A stretch of 64,000 nucleotides of DNA from Gammaproteobacteria bacterium. GTDB lineage: Bacteria > Pseudomonadota > Gammaproteobacteria > GCA-002705445 > GCA-002716945. A model generated the notes under the pieces. The model searched no databases. It saw only the letters and a program-made list of their open reading frames with translations, and was not told where the DNA came from. Numbering within the stretch: position 1 is the first letter of the stretch; each line of letters opens with the position of its first letter. Position numbers and translations under genes: made by a program. This document shows, one piece after another, positions 51,809 through 63,551 of this stretch. The stretch spans positions 843,328 to 907,327 of the forward strand of contig JAYQJW010000002.1 in assembly GCA_038142325.1 (NCBI GenBank), given 5' to 3'.

Positions 51809-52803
51809 AGGATGTTTGTGGATATATCTAATACAATTAATTTCTTTTTTTTTCTTTTATCATATTCACTAATTATAGATGATACAATTTTATGCCTCAT
51901 AACATCCTTAGGTTGAAATCTGACAACATCAATGCCTTTAATATCTAGAACGAATTCTAAACAATCTTTTAAGCCTGATTGGACGCTATTGGGAAGGTCT
52001 ATTTGACTTACATCACCCGTCACAACTGTAGTTGAGCCAAAACCTATTCTTGTGAGAAACATTTGCATTTGAGATATTGTAGTGTTCTGTGCTTCATCTA
52101 AAATTATAAATGCATCATTCAATGTTCTTCCTCTCATGTAAGCGAGTGGAGCAATCTCTATAATTTTCTTCTCAAGAAGCTTATTGACATTCTCAAATCC
52201 AAGACATTCATATAAAGAGTCATAGAGTGGCTGCAAATAAGGGTCAACTTTTTCAGCAAGATCACCAGGAAGGAATCCAAGTTTTTCTCCAGCTTCTATA
52301 GCAGGTCTTACTAGGACTATTTTTTTTATATTGCCGCTTTCAAGTGCTTTAACAGCACATGCAACTGCTAGAAAGGTTTTGCCCGTTCCGGCTGCACCAA
52401 TTCCAAAAGTAATAGTATTATTATTAATAGCATCTATGAATTTATTTTGATTAGATGATTTCGGCTTAATAGTCTGTTTTTTTAAAATAATTTTATATTT
52501 ATCTTCACAAGTTTCTAAAGATAAATCCTTTGAGTTGTTAAGATAAAGATGAATTTGTTTGGGTGTAATTTCCTCATGTTCAGATAATGTATATATTTTT
52601 TCAATAAAACTAGAGGTATCAGCTACATTCTGGTTTTCTCCAGAAATTTTGAAAGAATTACCTCGGTTCGAGATCTCAACGTCAAAGTAATTCTCAATTT
52701 GTCTTATGTTTTTATCTAGTAAACCACAAAGTTTTATCAATCTATCATTGTCTAAGGGTTCTAGTTTGACATGTTGATCAGTTTTATTCAGAACAGATTT
52801 CAT
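51763..52803 (-). CDS. ybeZ: PhoH-like ATPase (YbeZ)
   Basis: GAAGTGKT, RPAIEAGEKLGFLPGD, AYMRGRTL, LDEAQN. The 3' end is uncertain because of a poly-A run. Confidence 0.93.
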   Translation of the reverse strand: MKSVLNKTDQHVKLEPLDNDRLIKLCGLLDKNIRQIENYFDVEISNRGNSFKISGENQNVADTSSFIEKIYTLSEHEEITPKQIHLYLNNSKDLSLETCEDKYKIILKKQTIKPKSSNQNKFIDAINNNTITFGIGAAGTGKTFLAVACAVKALESGNIKKIVLVRPAIEAGEKLGFLPGDLAEKVDPYLQPLYDSLYECLGFENVNKLLEKKIIEIAPLAYMRGRTLNDAFIILDEAQNTTISQMQMFLTRIGFGSTTVVTGDVSQIDLPNSVQSGLKDCLEFVLDIKGIDVVRFQPKDVMRHKIVSSIISEYDKRKKKKLIVLDISTNILCQVTKISRIGSISV

Positions 52804-52805
52804 AA

Positions 52806-54131
52806 TTATAGAACTCCATCTAATGAGGTTCTATTTGCATTTATAATATGCACTTGGACAGTCTTTCCTATTAATTCCTTTGAACCCACAAAATTTACCA
52901 ATTTATTTGTTTGTGTCCTTCCAAAAACTTTCTTATTGTCTGACTTAGATAGACCCTCAACTAGGATTTCTTGTGTTGTATCTACTAACCTAGAAAGGTA
53001 CTTCTCTGAATTAGATCTCAAAAGACTCTGAACTTTCATTAATCTATTTTTCTTTTCTTCTAAAGTTATGTTGTCAAGCTCATATGAAGCTGGAGTACCT
53101 GGTCTCTTGCTATAAATGAAACTGTAGCCATCATCAAATCCAACTTGCTCTATAAGATCAAGCGTTTCTTGAAAACAATCTTCGGACTCACCTGGATAAC
53201 CAATGATGAAATCTGATGTTATACTGATATCTGGCCGGATATCTCTCACTTGCTTAATTATATTTTTATACTCCAAAGCAGTATGTTTTCTTTTCATTTT
53301 AGATAGAATCAAGTCGGAACCAGACTGTACCGGTAAATGAAGATTACTGCATAATTTCTTGTTTTTATACTCTTCAATTAGATCATCTGTAAAATCAATG
53401 GGATGGGATGTTGTGTGACGTATTCTATCTATTCCATCTATCATTGAAATGTAACGTATCAATTCTGAAAAATTAACACATTTTTTATCTTTGTTTCTTA
53501 TTCCTTTATAGGCATTTACATTTTGGCCAAGCAAAATAATTTCTTTAACGCCATTTTCAACTAGGTTTGATATCTCAAATATAATTTCATCTAGTGGTCG
53601 ACTAACCTCCTCACCGCGCGTATAAGGCACAACACAGAAAGTACAATATTTACTACAACCTTCCATGATTGAAACGTAGGCAGAAACTTTGGATGATTCT
53701 GATAGAGGTAAGAAATCAAATTTTTCAATCAAAGGAAAAGATACATCAATTGGTCTCATGGATTTTAGCTTAACCTCATCGATCATTTTTGGGAGTCGAT
53801 GAAGCGTCTGAGGTCCAAACACTATATCAACATAAGGCGCTCGTTGTTTTAGTTGCTTTCCTTCTTGAGATGCTACGCATCCTCCAACCGCAATTATAGT
53901 CCCTGGTTTAATTTTTTTAATCTTTTTCCAGCGTCCTAATTCAGAGAATACTTTTTCCTGTGCTTTTTCCCTAATTGAGCAAGTGTTTAATATAAGAATA
54001 TCCGCTGTGGTTGGATTATCAGTAGATGTCATATCAAAATGATGCACAAGTAAGTCTGATATCTTTTCAGAGTCGTAGACGTTCATCTGGCAGCCTTGTG
54101 TTTTGATAAAATACTTTTTGTTATTTATCAT
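52806..54131 (-). CDS. miaB: tRNA-i6A37 methylthiotransferase
   Basis: GCQMNVYDS, NTCSIREKA, CSKYCTFC radical SAM motif, TRAM domain. Confidence 0.96.
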   Translation of the reverse strand: MINNKKYFIKTQGCQMNVYDSEKISDLLVHHFDMTSTDNPTTADILILNTCSIREKAQEKVFSELGRWKKIKKIKPGTIIAVGGCVASQEGKQLKQRAPYVDIVFGPQTLHRLPKMIDEVKLKSMRPIDVSFPLIEKFDFLPLSESSKVSAYVSIMEGCSKYCTFCVVPYTRGEEVSRPLDEIIFEISNLVENGVKEIILLGQNVNAYKGIRNKDKKCVNFSELIRYISMIDGIDRIRHTTSHPIDFTDDLIEEYKNKKLCSNLHLPVQSGSDLILSKMKRKHTALEYKNIIKQVRDIRPDISITSDFIIGYPGESEDCFQETLDLIEQVGFDDGYSFIYSKRPGTPASYELDNITLEEKKNRLMKVQSLLRSNSEKYLSRLVDTTQEILVEGLSKSDNKKVFGRTQTNKLVNFVGSKELIGKTVQVHIINANRTSLDGVL

Positions 54132-54134
54132 CTA

Positions 54135-54557
54135 CTAGAAGGGAATATCTTCATCCTTAATGATATCCTGATTTTGAAAATCAGTATTTTCTTGAGGCTT
54201 AGGTGTGAAATCCCCGGATGTGTCAGATTTACTTCCTACAAATGTAAAGTTATCAGAAATTATATCAGTTGAATATTTCTCTACTCCATCTTTATCTTGC
54301 CATTTTCTAGTTTGTAATCTTCCCTCGACATATAACTGCTGTCCTTTTCTTACATATTGACCTATTGTTTCAGCAGGTTTATTGAAAAAAACAACTCTAT
54401 GCCATTCTGTTTTGTCCTCATAAGAACCAGAGTCTTGATTCTTAAACTTCCTGTTGGTGGCAATAGATAAATTAACGACTGCATTACCGCTTGGCATAAA
54501 TTTTACCTCAGGATCGTTACCGACTCTTCCAAGCAGGATGACCTTATTAACTGACAA
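54135..54557 (-). CDS. ssb: Single-stranded DNA-binding protein
   Basis: VNKVILLG, TEWHRV, EGRLQTRKW, C-terminal EDIPF. Confidence 0.96.
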   Translation of the reverse strand: MSVNKVILLGRVGNDPEVKFMPSGNAVVNLSIATNRKFKNQDSGSYEDKTEWHRVVFFNKPAETIGQYVRKGQQLYVEGRLQTRKWQDKDGVEKYSTDIISDNFTFVGSKSDTSGDFTPKPQENTDFQNQDIIKDEDIPF

Positions 54558-55713
54558 TAGTTGCTCCTTTATTTGCTCTAATTAGACTATAAAATGTCCA
54601 TGTTACTGATATTATAGCACTAAAGAGAAAAATGCCACTCAATCCATTTGTGTCATAAAGATAACCACCAATAAATCCCCCTAAGAAAGTTCCAAAAAAT
54701 TGAAAAGATGTATAAATACTCATAGTTAGTCCCCTACTATCAGTATTTGTATTTTTAGATAATGCTGATGGTATGCTAGCTTCTAAAACGCTAAAAGTTC
54801 CGATATAGCAAATTAGAGCAGCCATAATAATCAGCAAGCTTTTTTCAAAAAACAAATAAGAAGCTACTAATGATATTGCAAGTATAGCAGTCGACAGACC
54901 TCTAACTCTAATTGGTTGCTTTCTCTCAAATCCTAAAAGTGGAAGCGTGATAATCAATGATAATACAAATAATGAAGAGTAGAGCTGAGGAAAGTCATCT
55001 ATGTCTATCAAATATTTTTCTGTCATCATTACCGGGATTGCGATGAATATTGATGTCAAAATGGTGTGCAATATCAAGATATCAATAAAAAATGGATATA
55101 AAGTTTTATTAAAAATTAATTCTTTTAAACTAAATCTAAACTGCTTATTAACATTGTTGCTCTTTATCTTATAAATTGACATTAATGAAATGCTTAAGAT
55201 AGTGAGCAAAACAATCAAAATAAAAACTCCTGATAAATTAAAATATTTTGATATCAATGGTCCTATAATAAATGCACTAAAGAATGCTATCCCTATAGCT
55301 ACTCCAACAATTGCCATAGATAGAGTTCTGTTACTGTCAGTTGTGCTGTCAGATAAAAGCGCCATCAGTGCACCTGATATTGCTCCCGCACCTTGTAAGG
55401 CTCTACCTAAGATAAGAAAATAAATATTATCAGTGATAGCGCACATTACGGACCCGAGTAAAAAAACCCAAAGGCCTAGTAAAATAATTTTTTTTCTACC
55501 ATATCGATCAGACAATATCCCAAAAGGAATTTGCATTATTGCATTCGTTAAGCCATAGATACCAAGCGTAACTCCAATCAAAAAAGGTGTAGATAGTGAA
55601 TAAGAATCGGCAAAAACAGATAAAATAGGAAAAATCATAAATGCGCCTAACATCCTGAAGAAATAAATTAGAGTGATTAGAGAAATCGATTTTTTTTCAA
55701 GTTTTGAAAACAT
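54547..55713 (-). CDS. MFS transporter (YajR-like)
   Basis: RMLG.FMI.P, LSDRYGRK, GRALQGAGAI, QFFG.FLGG; uvrA-MFS-ssb context. Confidence 0.88.
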   Translation of the reverse strand: MFSKLEKKSISLITLIYFFRMLGAFMIFPILSVFADSYSLSTPFLIGVTLGIYGLTNAIMQIPFGILSDRYGRKKIILLGLWVFLLGSVMCAITDNIYFLILGRALQGAGAISGALMALLSDSTTDSNRTLSMAIVGVAIGIAFFSAFIIGPLISKYFNLSGVFILIVLLTILSISLMSIYKIKSNNVNKQFRFSLKELIFNKTLYPFFIDILILHTILTSIFIAIPVMMTEKYLIDIDDFPQLYSSLFVLSLIITLPLLGFERKQPIRVRGLSTAILAISLVASYLFFEKSLLIIMAALICYIGTFSVLEASIPSALSKNTNTDSRGLTMSIYTSFQFFGTFLGGFIGGYLYDTNGLSGIFLFSAIISVTWTFYSLIRANKGATIVS

Positions 55714-55866
55714 ATTTTTTGTCAGGTAAATTTATATGGTTGAGATTATTTCTAAATTGGCAAATATAGCTGAAATTCTTTTTGAGCTACAATCTCATAA
55801 ATCAATTGTATTGTATCACATGTAAACTGTTGGTTTTATAACAATAAAGAATGTTAATATTGTCTG

Positions 55867-58716
55867 ATGGACAATGAAATTAAAATTAAGGGCGCTAGGA
55901 CGCATAACTTAAAAAATATTGATCTAAATCTTCCCAAAAATAATTTAATTACCATTACGGGTTTATCTGGTTCAGGGAAATCTTCACTAGCTTTTGATAC
56001 AATTTTTGCGGAAGGCCAGAGGCGTTATGTTGAGTCCCTTTCTGCTTATGCTAGACAGTTCCTCTCTATGGTTGATAAACCTGATGTGGATAAAATAGAA
56101 GGTCTATCTCCAGCAATATCTATAGAACAGAAGTCAACGTCACATAATCCTAGATCGACAGTTGGTACTGTGACTGAAATATATGACTATTTAAGATTAT
56201 TATATGCAAGAATTGGCGAGCCAAGATGTCCAGAACATCATGTGTCCTTGGATGCTATGTCTCCCGGAGATATGTATCAAAAGTTAATTAAAGTTTCTGA
56301 AAAACAGATTGTTTTAATAATGGCGCCCATTGTTAGAGGACAAAAAGGTGAGCACATTAAAATCATTGAAAGCTATTCTAAGCAAGGGTTTAGTAGGATA
56401 CGCGTCTATGGTGAAATTCATAAAATCAGTGAAATTTCAAAACATATGATTGGGCACATTATAGACTCTAAAAAGAAAAATAATATTGAAATAATAGTCG
56501 ATAGAGTTGAAATAAATAATGCAAACAAATTAAGAATAATTGAATCATTTAATTCAGCATCCGAAATATCAGAGGGTATAATTTATATAAATGAGATCAA
56601 CAACGGCAATGAGCATATTTTCTCTACTAAGCATGCATGTCCTCACTGCGGATATTCCATAAGTAAACTCGAACCAAAATTATTCTCATTTAACTCTCCA
56701 GCAGGAGCATGCCAGAGATGCGATGGTTTAGGTATGGATGAATTTTTTGATGAGAATAAAATTATTGAAAACCCAGAATTAAATCTTAGAAATGGGGCTA
56801 TTGCAGGTTGGGATGAGAAAAATTATTTATATTTTTCAATGCTTGATTCACTTGCTGCACATTTTTCAATTGATATAGATCAAAGCTACTATAAACTACC
56901 TCAACATTTCAGAAATATTTTATTTTATGGAACAGATGAAAATATTGAGTTTAAGCTTGTTAAGCTTAACAAAAAAACAAAAAAATTTATTAATACTTCT
57001 GAGGTTCGACCATGGGAAGGTATATGTAATATTTTTGAACGAAATTATAATAATGCTTTTAGATTCAGTGTAAAACGTTACTACGAAAAATTTCTTACAG
57101 AGAGTATATGCAGAGAGTGTGATGGCACAAGACTAAATATTCCTGCGAGAAATGTTTTTATAGGGGAAAAGTCGATTAGCGAAATAACAGATATGAATGT
57201 TGAAGAAGCAATAAAGTTTTTTAATCATCTCGAGTTAGATAGTATGAGAAAAAAAATCTCTGAGAAAATAATTTTTGAAATATCATCACGGCTTAAATTT
57301 CTAAATAATGTTGGACTAAAATATTTAACGCTTTCACGTAGTGCAGAAACATTGTCAGGTGGAGAATCTCAAAGAATAAGATTAGCAAGTCAGATTGGTT
57401 CAGGATTAACAGGTGTGATGTATGTTCTTGACGAACCCTCTATTGGCTTACATCAAAGAGATAATGACAGATTGCTCAAAACATTAAAAAATCTTCGTGA
57501 TTTAGGCAACACTGTAATCGTTGTTGAGCATGATGAGGATACAATATTATCATCTGACCATATTGTAGATATAGGTCCTAATGCTGGGGTACATGGTGGC
57601 GAAGTTGTTTTCTCAGGTAAACCTTCTTTGCTCAAATCTGTCTCATCTCATACATCAGATTTTATTTCTGGAAGAAACATTATAGAAATACCAAAAGAAC
57701 GCCTGCGACCTAGTAAAAAATGGATATCTATTTCAAAAGCACATGCAAATAATCTTAATGAAATAGATGTTAAGATTCCTTTAGGCCTATTAACATGTAT
57801 CACTGGAGTGTCAGGATCGGGCAAATCATCGTTGATTAATAACGTTTTATACTCCTCAATTGTGAATAAACTTCTTGATAATAATGAGGGTTTTGTTGAC
57901 TGTGAAAAAATTACTGGTATTGATTATATTGATAAAATAATTGATATAGACCAAAGTCCAATTGGAAGAACTCCAAGATCAAACCCAATCACTTACACCG
58001 GGATTTTCTCCTTAATTAGAGAAGAGTTTGCAAAAAAACCTGAATCTAAATCAAGAGGTTACACTCCTGGAAGATTTAGCTTCAATGTAAAAGGAAAAAA
58101 TAATGGTGTATGTCCACATTGTGATGGACAAGGACAGATAAAAGTTGAAATGCATTTCTTATCAGATGTATATGTTCAATGTGAGAAATGCAATGGTAAT
58201 AGATATAATGATGAAACTTTAGAAATTAAATTAAACAATAAAAATATAAGTGATGTTTTAAATATGACTGTTCAGGAAGCATTAAGTTTTTTTGAAAATT
58301 ACCCAAAAATTTCTAAAAAATTATCAATATTAATGGAAGTTGGACTCGGTTACATAAAATTAGGTCAAAGTGCAATAACGTTATCTGGTGGTGAAGCTCA
58401 ACGCATTAAACTCGCTAAAGAATTAATAAGGCCAGACACTGGGCATACACTGTATGTGTTAGACGAACCAACAACTGGCTTGCATAATTATGATGTTAAA
58501 AATCTTTTACAAGTATTAAGCAAACTTAAACAAAAAGGGAATACATTAATTATAATAGAGCATAATCTAGATGTCATAAAAACTGCTGATTGGATAGTCG
58601 ATCTCGGCCCTGAGGGTGGTAACGGTGGTGGGAAGGTTATTGGATTTGGCACTCCTGAAGAATTAGCTTCAAACAAAAAGTCTTATACTGGAAAGTACTT
58701 AAAAGAAAAACTCTAG
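55867..58716 (+). CDS. uvrA: Excinuclease ABC subunit A
   Basis: GARTHNLKN, GLSGSGKSSLAFDT, LSGGESQRI, GVSGSGKSS, zinc-finger Cys pairs. Confidence 0.97.
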   Translation: MDNEIKIKGARTHNLKNIDLNLPKNNLITITGLSGSGKSSLAFDTIFAEGQRRYVESLSAYARQFLSMVDKPDVDKIEGLSPAISIEQKSTSHNPRSTVGTVTEIYDYLRLLYARIGEPRCPEHHVSLDAMSPGDMYQKLIKVSEKQIVLIMAPIVRGQKGEHIKIIESYSKQGFSRIRVYGEIHKISEISKHMIGHIIDSKKKNNIEIIVDRVEINNANKLRIIESFNSASEISEGIIYINEINNGNEHIFSTKHACPHCGYSISKLEPKLFSFNSPAGACQRCDGLGMDEFFDENKIIENPELNLRNGAIAGWDEKNYLYFSMLDSLAAHFSIDIDQSYYKLPQHFRNILFYGTDENIEFKLVKLNKKTKKFINTSEVRPWEGICNIFERNYNNAFRFSVKRYYEKFLTESICRECDGTRLNIPARNVFIGEKSISEITDMNVEEAIKFFNHLELDSMRKKISEKIIFEISSRLKFLNNVGLKYLTLSRSAETLSGGESQRIRLASQIGSGLTGVMYVLDEPSIGLHQRDNDRLLKTLKNLRDLGNTVIVVEHDEDTILSSDHIVDIGPNAGVHGGEVVFSGKPSLLKSVSSHTSDFISGRNIIEIPKERLRPSKKWISISKAHANNLNEIDVKIPLGLLTCITGVSGSGKSSLINNVLYSSIVNKLLDNNEGFVDCEKITGIDYIDKIIDIDQSPIGRTPRSNPITYTGIFSLIREEFAKKPESKSRGYTPGRFSFNVKGKNNGVCPHCDGQGQIKVEMHFLSDVYVQCEKCNGNRYNDETLEIKLNNKNISDVLNMTVQEALSFFENYPKISKKLSILMEVGLGYIKLGQSAITLSGGEAQRIKLAKELIRPDTGHTLYVLDEPTTGLHNYDVKNLLQVLSKLKQKGNTLIIIEHNLDVIKTADWIVDLGPEGGNGGGKVIGFGTPEELASNKKSYTGKYLKEKL

Positions 58717-58719
58717 TAT

Positions 58720-59073
58720 TTATTCAGAGAAAAGAACATATGCTACAGGTGAAGCATCACCCAATTTATGTCCTTTTTTTAGAATTCTCATATAGCCGCC
58801 AGGTCTACTTTTAAATCTAGGACCAAGTACTTCAAAAAGTTTTTTTACAGCATTCTTATTTCCTAATCTGGAGTATGCCAATCTACGTCTCATTAAAGTA
58901 TCATTTTTAGCAAGAGTTATTAAAGGTTCGGCTGTTCTTCTAAGTTCTTTTGCTTTTGCTAATGAAGTTTCTATATGCTCATGCTCAAATAGTGATATAG
59001 CCATATTTCTAAACATAGCTTTTCTATGTGATGAATTCCTGTTTAACTGTCTACCTGATTTTTTATGTCTCAT
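58720..59073 (-). CDS. rplQ: 50S ribosomal protein L17
   Basis: [27 protein letters not shown]. Confidence 0.97.
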   Translation of the reverse strand: MRHKKSGRQLNRNSSHRKAMFRNMAISLFEHEHIETSLAKAKELRRTAEPLITLAKNDTLMRRRLAYSRLGNKNAVKKLFEVLGPRFKSRPGGYMRILKKGHKLGDASPVAYVLFSE

Positions 59074-60056
59074 TATCTTTTTTCAATACTCTTCGGTGGC
59101 CAATCCTCAATAACTTGTCCAAGCGATAAACTATGTGTAGAAAGTACGTCTTTTATTTCCGTTAAAGATTTCTTACCAAGGTTGGGTGTCTTAAGCAATT
59201 CATTTTCACTTCTTTGGACTAAGTCTCCAATATAGTGAATATTTTCAGCTTTAAGACAATTAGCTGACCTAACTGTTAATTCTAAATCATCTACAGGTCT
59301 TAGTAGTACAGGGTCTATATGATTCTCATCAACTATATCTTGTGTATCATTCTTAACTTCTAAATGACTAAATACTTCCATTTGCTCTCTTAAAATTTTA
59401 CCTGCTGTTCTAATTGCATCCTCCGGTTCAATTGTTCCATTAGTTTCAAGCTCAATTATTAATTTATCTAAATCTGCTTTTTGCTTTACTCTGGCATTAT
59501 CAACAGAATAAGAAACTTTATTTACAGGTGTAAAGGATGCATCTACTTGCATTTTACCTATTCCCAAATCTTCTAATTCATTGAATTTTCTCTTCATAGC
59601 TGGTTGGTAACCTTTACCTCTAGATATGGTTAAGCTGACTGTTAACTCGGTGTTATCGTTAGTTATATTTGCAATACAAAAATCTGGATTCTTAATCTCC
59701 AGATTAGGATGAGTTTCTATATCGGAAGCAAGAACTGGCCCTTTGCCTTTTTTTCTAAGCACAACCTCAATTGTGTCTTTTTCATACAAAACCAATGCAA
59801 GTTTTTTGATATTTAGAATTATCTCAAGTACATCTTCTTGAACACCATCGATAGTGCTATATTCATGGAGTATATTATTTATTGATACTTCAGTAACAGC
59901 GCTCCCAGGCATAGATGATAATAATACTCTTCTCAGAGCATTGCCCAGCGTGTGCCCAAAACCCCTTTCTAAAGGCTGGATTACAATCTTAGATTTTGAT
60001 TCGGAAATCATCTCTATATCAACTAAGTTTGGTTTTAAAAATGTTATTTCGTTCAT
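59073..60056 (-). CDS. rpoA: RNA polymerase alpha subunit
   Basis: [36 protein letters not shown]. Confidence 0.98.
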   Translation of the reverse strand: MNEITFLKPNLVDIEMISESKSKIVIQPLERGFGHTLGNALRRVLLSSMPGSAVTEVSINNILHEYSTIDGVQEDVLEIILNIKKLALVLYEKDTIEVVLRKKGKGPVLASDIETHPNLEIKNPDFCIANITNDNTELTVSLTISRGKGYQPAMKRKFNELEDLGIGKMQVDASFTPVNKVSYSVDNARVKQKADLDKLIIELETNGTIEPEDAIRTAGKILREQMEVFSHLEVKNDTQDIVDENHIDPVLLRPVDDLELTVRSANCLKAENIHYIGDLVQRSENELLKTPNLGKKSLTEIKDVLSTHSLSLGQVIEDWPPKSIEKR

Positions 60057-60066
60057 GTGTTACCTG

Positions 60067-60690
60067 CTATTTTGAGTATAATTCTACGATTAATGATTCA
60101 TTAATTTCTTTTGGAAGTTCTGATCTTTCTGGTGTCCTTAGGTATGTGGCTGTAAGATTCTTTGCATCTATATCTATCCAGTCATTAGTACTTCTTGTTT
60201 CTGCTACAGACATAGCAAACTGTATTCGAGATTGTTGTTTTGATTTATCTCTGACAGATATCTTATCTGTTGCTTGAACTTGATATGACGGAATGTTTAT
60301 TAATTTTCCATTTACTTCAATATTCTTATGATTTACTAATTGTCTAGATTCTGCTCTTGTTGATCCAAATCCAGATCTATATACAACATTGTCTAATCTT
60401 GATTCTAAAAAAGTTAGTAAATTCTCACCAGTTGATCCTTTTTTACTTGCAGATTTTTTATAATAGTTTCTAAATTGTTTTTCTAAAACCCCGTATAATC
60501 TTTTAACTTTTTGCTTCTCTCTTAATTGAAGGGCATAGTCTGATAGTTTTTCTCTTCTCTCACCAACAATTCCGGGTTTTCTGTCAATATTACATTTTGT
60601 ATCAAGTGCTCTAGAGCCTGATTTAAGAAATAGGGCTGTTCCTTCTCTCCTCATTAGCTTACATTTTGATCCAGTATATTTAGCCATCAA
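60067..60690 (-). CDS. rpsD: 30S ribosomal protein S4
   Basis: [25 protein letters not shown]. Confidence 0.97.
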   Translation of the reverse strand: MMAKYTGSKCKLMRREGTALFLKSGSRALDTKCNIDRKPGIVGERREKLSDYALQLREKQKVKRLYGVLEKQFRNYYKKSASKKGSTGENLLTFLESRLDNVVYRSGFGSTRAESRQLVNHKNIEVNGKLINIPSYQVQATDKISVRDKSKQQSRIQFAMSVAETRSTNDWIDIDAKNLTATYLRTPERSELPKEINESLIVELYSK

Positions 60691-61070
60691 ACTCTCCTTT
60701 TCTTAGGTGGTCTGCAACCATTGTGAGGCAATGGAGTTATGTCTTTGATATTTGTGATTTTATATCCAGCATTATTTAAAGCTCGCACAGCAGAGTCTCT
60801 TCCTGGACCTGGTCCTTTTACGAGAACCTCTAAATTTTTTAATCCAAATACAGTAGCTTTCTGACCAGCTTTCTCAGCAGCAATTTGAGCGGCAAATGGT
60901 GTGCTTTTCCTGGAACCTCTAAATCCAGAGCCTCCTGAGGTTGCCCAAGCAAGTGTATTGCCCTGCTTATCAGTTATAGTAACTATCGTATTGTTGAAAG
61001 ATGCGTTTATATGAGCAACACCATCTGTTACAATTTTTTTAGTCTTTTTCTTTTTGGATTTATCTACCAT
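60687..61070 (-). CDS. rpsK: 30S ribosomal protein S11
   Basis: [28 protein letters not shown]. Confidence 0.98.
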   Translation of the reverse strand: MVDKSKKKKTKKIVTDGVAHINASFNNTIVTITDKQGNTLAWATSGGSGFRGSRKSTPFAAQIAAEKAGQKATVFGLKNLEVLVKGPGPGRDSAVRALNNAGYKITNIKDITPLPHNGCRPPKKRRV

Positions 61071-61429
61071 TATTTAGCTTTAAGTAATTTTCTTGGACCT
61101 TTACGCGTCCTGCTATTGTTCTTAGTTTTTTGGCCCCTTAGAGGAAGACCTTTTCTATGCCTTATGCCTCTGTAAGAACCAATGTCCATAAGGCGTTTTA
61201 TATTCATTGAATTTTCACGCCTTAAATCCCCCTCTAGTTGATATTCATCAATAAACTTTCTAATACTTTCAAGGTCTTTTTCTTCTAAATCTTTAACTTT
61301 CTTAGTTGCAAGTATCCCAACTTTCTCACATATATATTTTGCTCTAGTATCACCAATACCATACACGGAAGTAAGAGCTATCCATATATGTTTGTTATTT
61401 GGTAGATTTATTCCTGCTATTCTTGCCAT
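61070..61429 (-). CDS. rpsM: 30S ribosomal protein S13
   Basis: [21 protein letters not shown]. Confidence 0.98.
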   Translation of the reverse strand: MARIAGINLPNNKHIWIALTSVYGIGDTRAKYICEKVGILATKKVKDLEEKDLESIRKFIDEYQLEGDLRRENSMNIKRLMDIGSYRGIRHRKGLPLRGQKTKNNSRTRKGPRKLLKAK

Positions 61430-61484
61430 ATGTATCCTTGCCCGTAGATTCTATATATCATTTATCCTTAATACAACCGTTATC

Positions 61485-61598
61485 TTATCCTTGTCTTTGT
61501 TTGTGTCTAGGGTCCTTGCAAATAACTCTAACCACTCGATTTCTTCTAATAATTCTACAGTTCCTACATAATTTTTTCACTGAAGCTCTTACTTTCAT
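61485..61598 (-). CDS. rpmJ: 50S ribosomal protein L36 (zinc-binding form; absent from the ORF track)
   Basis: Translates [37 protein letters not shown], between secY and rpsM. Confidence 0.96.
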   Translation of the reverse strand: MKVRASVKKLCRNCRIIRRNRVVRVICKDPRHKQRQG

Positions 61599-61620
61599 CG
61601 GATTCCTCCACCAATTCCTC

Positions 61621-62943
61621 TTAGGTTTGCTTTTTCATCATTCCCTCGTACTGTTGTGATAACAAGTGTGATTGAACTTGGGCCATTAAATCCATCACGA
61701 CAACCACTACAATCAAAAGTGATGTTCCTCCAAAATAAAATGGAACGTTAAAATATAAGATTAAGAATTCAGGAAGCAAACAAACTGCAGTTATGTACAT
61801 AGCTCCAACTGTAGTCAACTTGGTAGTGATACCGTCAATATATTTTGCGGTCTGATCTCCCGGTCTAATTCCAGGTATGAATGCACCAGATTTTTTTAGG
61901 TTATCAGCTGTTTCTTTTGGATTAAAGACTAATGCAGTATAAAAAAAACAGAAAAATATAATAGCTAGTGCATATAGCATAATGTAAGGTGGTGGGCCGG
62001 GCGATAATGTCATAGCAATTTTTTGAACGATGCTATCGGGTGAACCTGAACCTGACCAGCTTGCAATTGTAGCTGGAAATAAAATTATTGCAGAGGCAAA
62101 AATAGGTGGTATCACACCAGCCATGTTTAGCTTAAGAGGTAAAAAACTGCTTTGTGCAGCATACATCTTTCTGCCTTGCATTTTTCTAGCGTAGTTTATA
62201 GGAATTTTTCTTTGACCTCTTTCTACATAGACTACGAATGCGGTAATTATGATTGCTAATAGGAAAATAAGAATCACACTAAAGTTTTGTATTTCTCCAT
62301 TTCTTGCAAGTTCAATTGTGCCTCCAATTGCAGATGGCAAACCCGCTACAATACCTGCGAAAATTATTATTGAGATACCGTTTCCTACACCTCGTTCAGT
62401 TATTTGCTCACCCAACCAAATCAGGAACATCGTACCTGTCACGAGTGTAACAACGCCGGTAATAAAAAATCCAACGCCTGGATCAAGAACGAGAGTTGTA
62501 GTTGAGGTATTTTGATTCATTAAAGCATTCATTACACCCATCGACTGTAGTAAAGCCAGTATAAGGGTAAAGTATCTTGTATATTTTGTTATAGTTTTCC
62601 TGCCTCTCTCTCCCTCTTTTCTTAGTTGTATTAAAGGGGCATAGATATGAGTCATCATTTGTATGATGATTGATGCAGAAATATATGGCATGACACCAAG
62701 AGCAAAGATAGACATTCTAGATAGAGAGCCACCAGAAAACATATTAAACATGTCAAGAATGCTGCCTCTTTGTTGTTCAAAAAGAAAGCTCATAACCGCT
62801 GGATCTATACCAGGAAGAGTAATGAAGCTTCCTAATCTAAAAACTATCAGGGCAAAAATAACAAAGAAAATTCTTTGTCTAAGTTCAGAAGATTTTGTTA
62901 GGCCTCCAAGGTTTGACGACATATTAGGCGCTGCTCTAGACAT
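61621..62943 (-). CDS. secY: Preprotein translocase SecY
   Basis: [46 protein letters not shown]. Confidence 0.98.
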   Translation of the reverse strand: MSRAAPNMSSNLGGLTKSSELRQRIFFVIFALIVFRLGSFITLPGIDPAVMSFLFEQQRGSILDMFNMFSGGSLSRMSIFALGVMPYISASIIIQMMTHIYAPLIQLRKEGERGRKTITKYTRYFTLILALLQSMGVMNALMNQNTSTTTLVLDPGVGFFITGVVTLVTGTMFLIWLGEQITERGVGNGISIIIFAGIVAGLPSAIGGTIELARNGEIQNFSVILIFLLAIIITAFVVYVERGQRKIPINYARKMQGRKMYAAQSSFLPLKLNMAGVIPPIFASAIILFPATIASWSGSGSPDSIVQKIAMTLSPGPPPYIMLYALAIIFFCFFYTALVFNPKETADNLKKSGAFIPGIRPGDQTAKYIDGITTKLTTVGAMYITAVCLLPEFLILYFNVPFYFGGTSLLIVVVVVMDLMAQVQSHLLSQQYEGMMKKQT

Positions 62944-63362
62944 TATTTAATAAACTCCATAACTGATTTTGTTGCAACAACATCAATTAGTTTCTTTTTT
63001 GTTTTCACAGATACAGGGCCAATTATCTTAACTTTGGTAATTTTGTTATTAATAAGCTTATATTTTTTTAATAATTCAAGAGTAATTTCAGATTCTTTTA
63101 TTTTATCGAGATAATCGTACTTTAATTCTGTAGTGTTAGTATTTTTTTTAGATGTAAAACCTACTTTAGGCAATCTTCTTTGTAAAGGCATTTGTCCACC
63201 CTCAAAACCAACTTGGACTTTTCCTCCTGTTCTAGATTTTTGACCCTTGTGACCACGACCACATGTTTTTCCAGTGCCAGATGCAATACCGCGGCCAACT
63301 CTTTTTTTACTATGTTTTGACTCTTTATTTAATCTAATTTCATTAAGCATTTTTCTACTCAT
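62943..63362 (-). CDS. rplO: 50S ribosomal protein L15 (start uncertain)
   Basis: [36 protein letters not shown]. Confidence 0.96.
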   Translation of the reverse strand: MSRKMLNEIRLNKESKHSKKRVGRGIASGTGKTCGRGHKGQKSRTGGKVQVGFEGGQMPLQRRLPKVGFTSKKNTNTTELKYDYLDKIKESEITLELLKKYKLINNKITKVKIIGPVSVKTKKKLIDVVATKSVMEFIK

Positions 63363-63540
63363 CAATATTTTCAACGTTGATCATATGTCTAACTGCGTTT
63401 ATCATTCCAAGATTTTCTGGTGTATTTTCAATAACTCTTGTATCTCTTATTTTTCTTAAACCTAAACCTTTTACGCAGGCAATCTGTTTTTTAGTTTTTC
63501 CTATAAGGCTCAATTTTTGTGAAATTCTAATTTTACTCAT
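63355..63540 (-). CDS. rpmD: 50S ribosomal protein L30
   Basis: [19 protein letters not shown]; lies between rpsE and rplO. Confidence 0.93.
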   Translation of the reverse strand: MSKIRISQKLSLIGKTKKQIACVKGLGLRKIRDTRVIENTPENLGMINAVRHMINVENIDE

Positions 63541-63551
63541 ATCTCTACCGC

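Noticed and set aside
51763-52803. PhoH-like gene as part of the phosphate module
   Set aside because: It sits in the standard miaB-ybeZ-ybeY-corC-lnt operon.
55820-55850. LexA box upstream of uvrA
   Set aside because: CTGTTGGTTTTATAAC lacks the right-hand CAG of CTGT-N8-ACAG.
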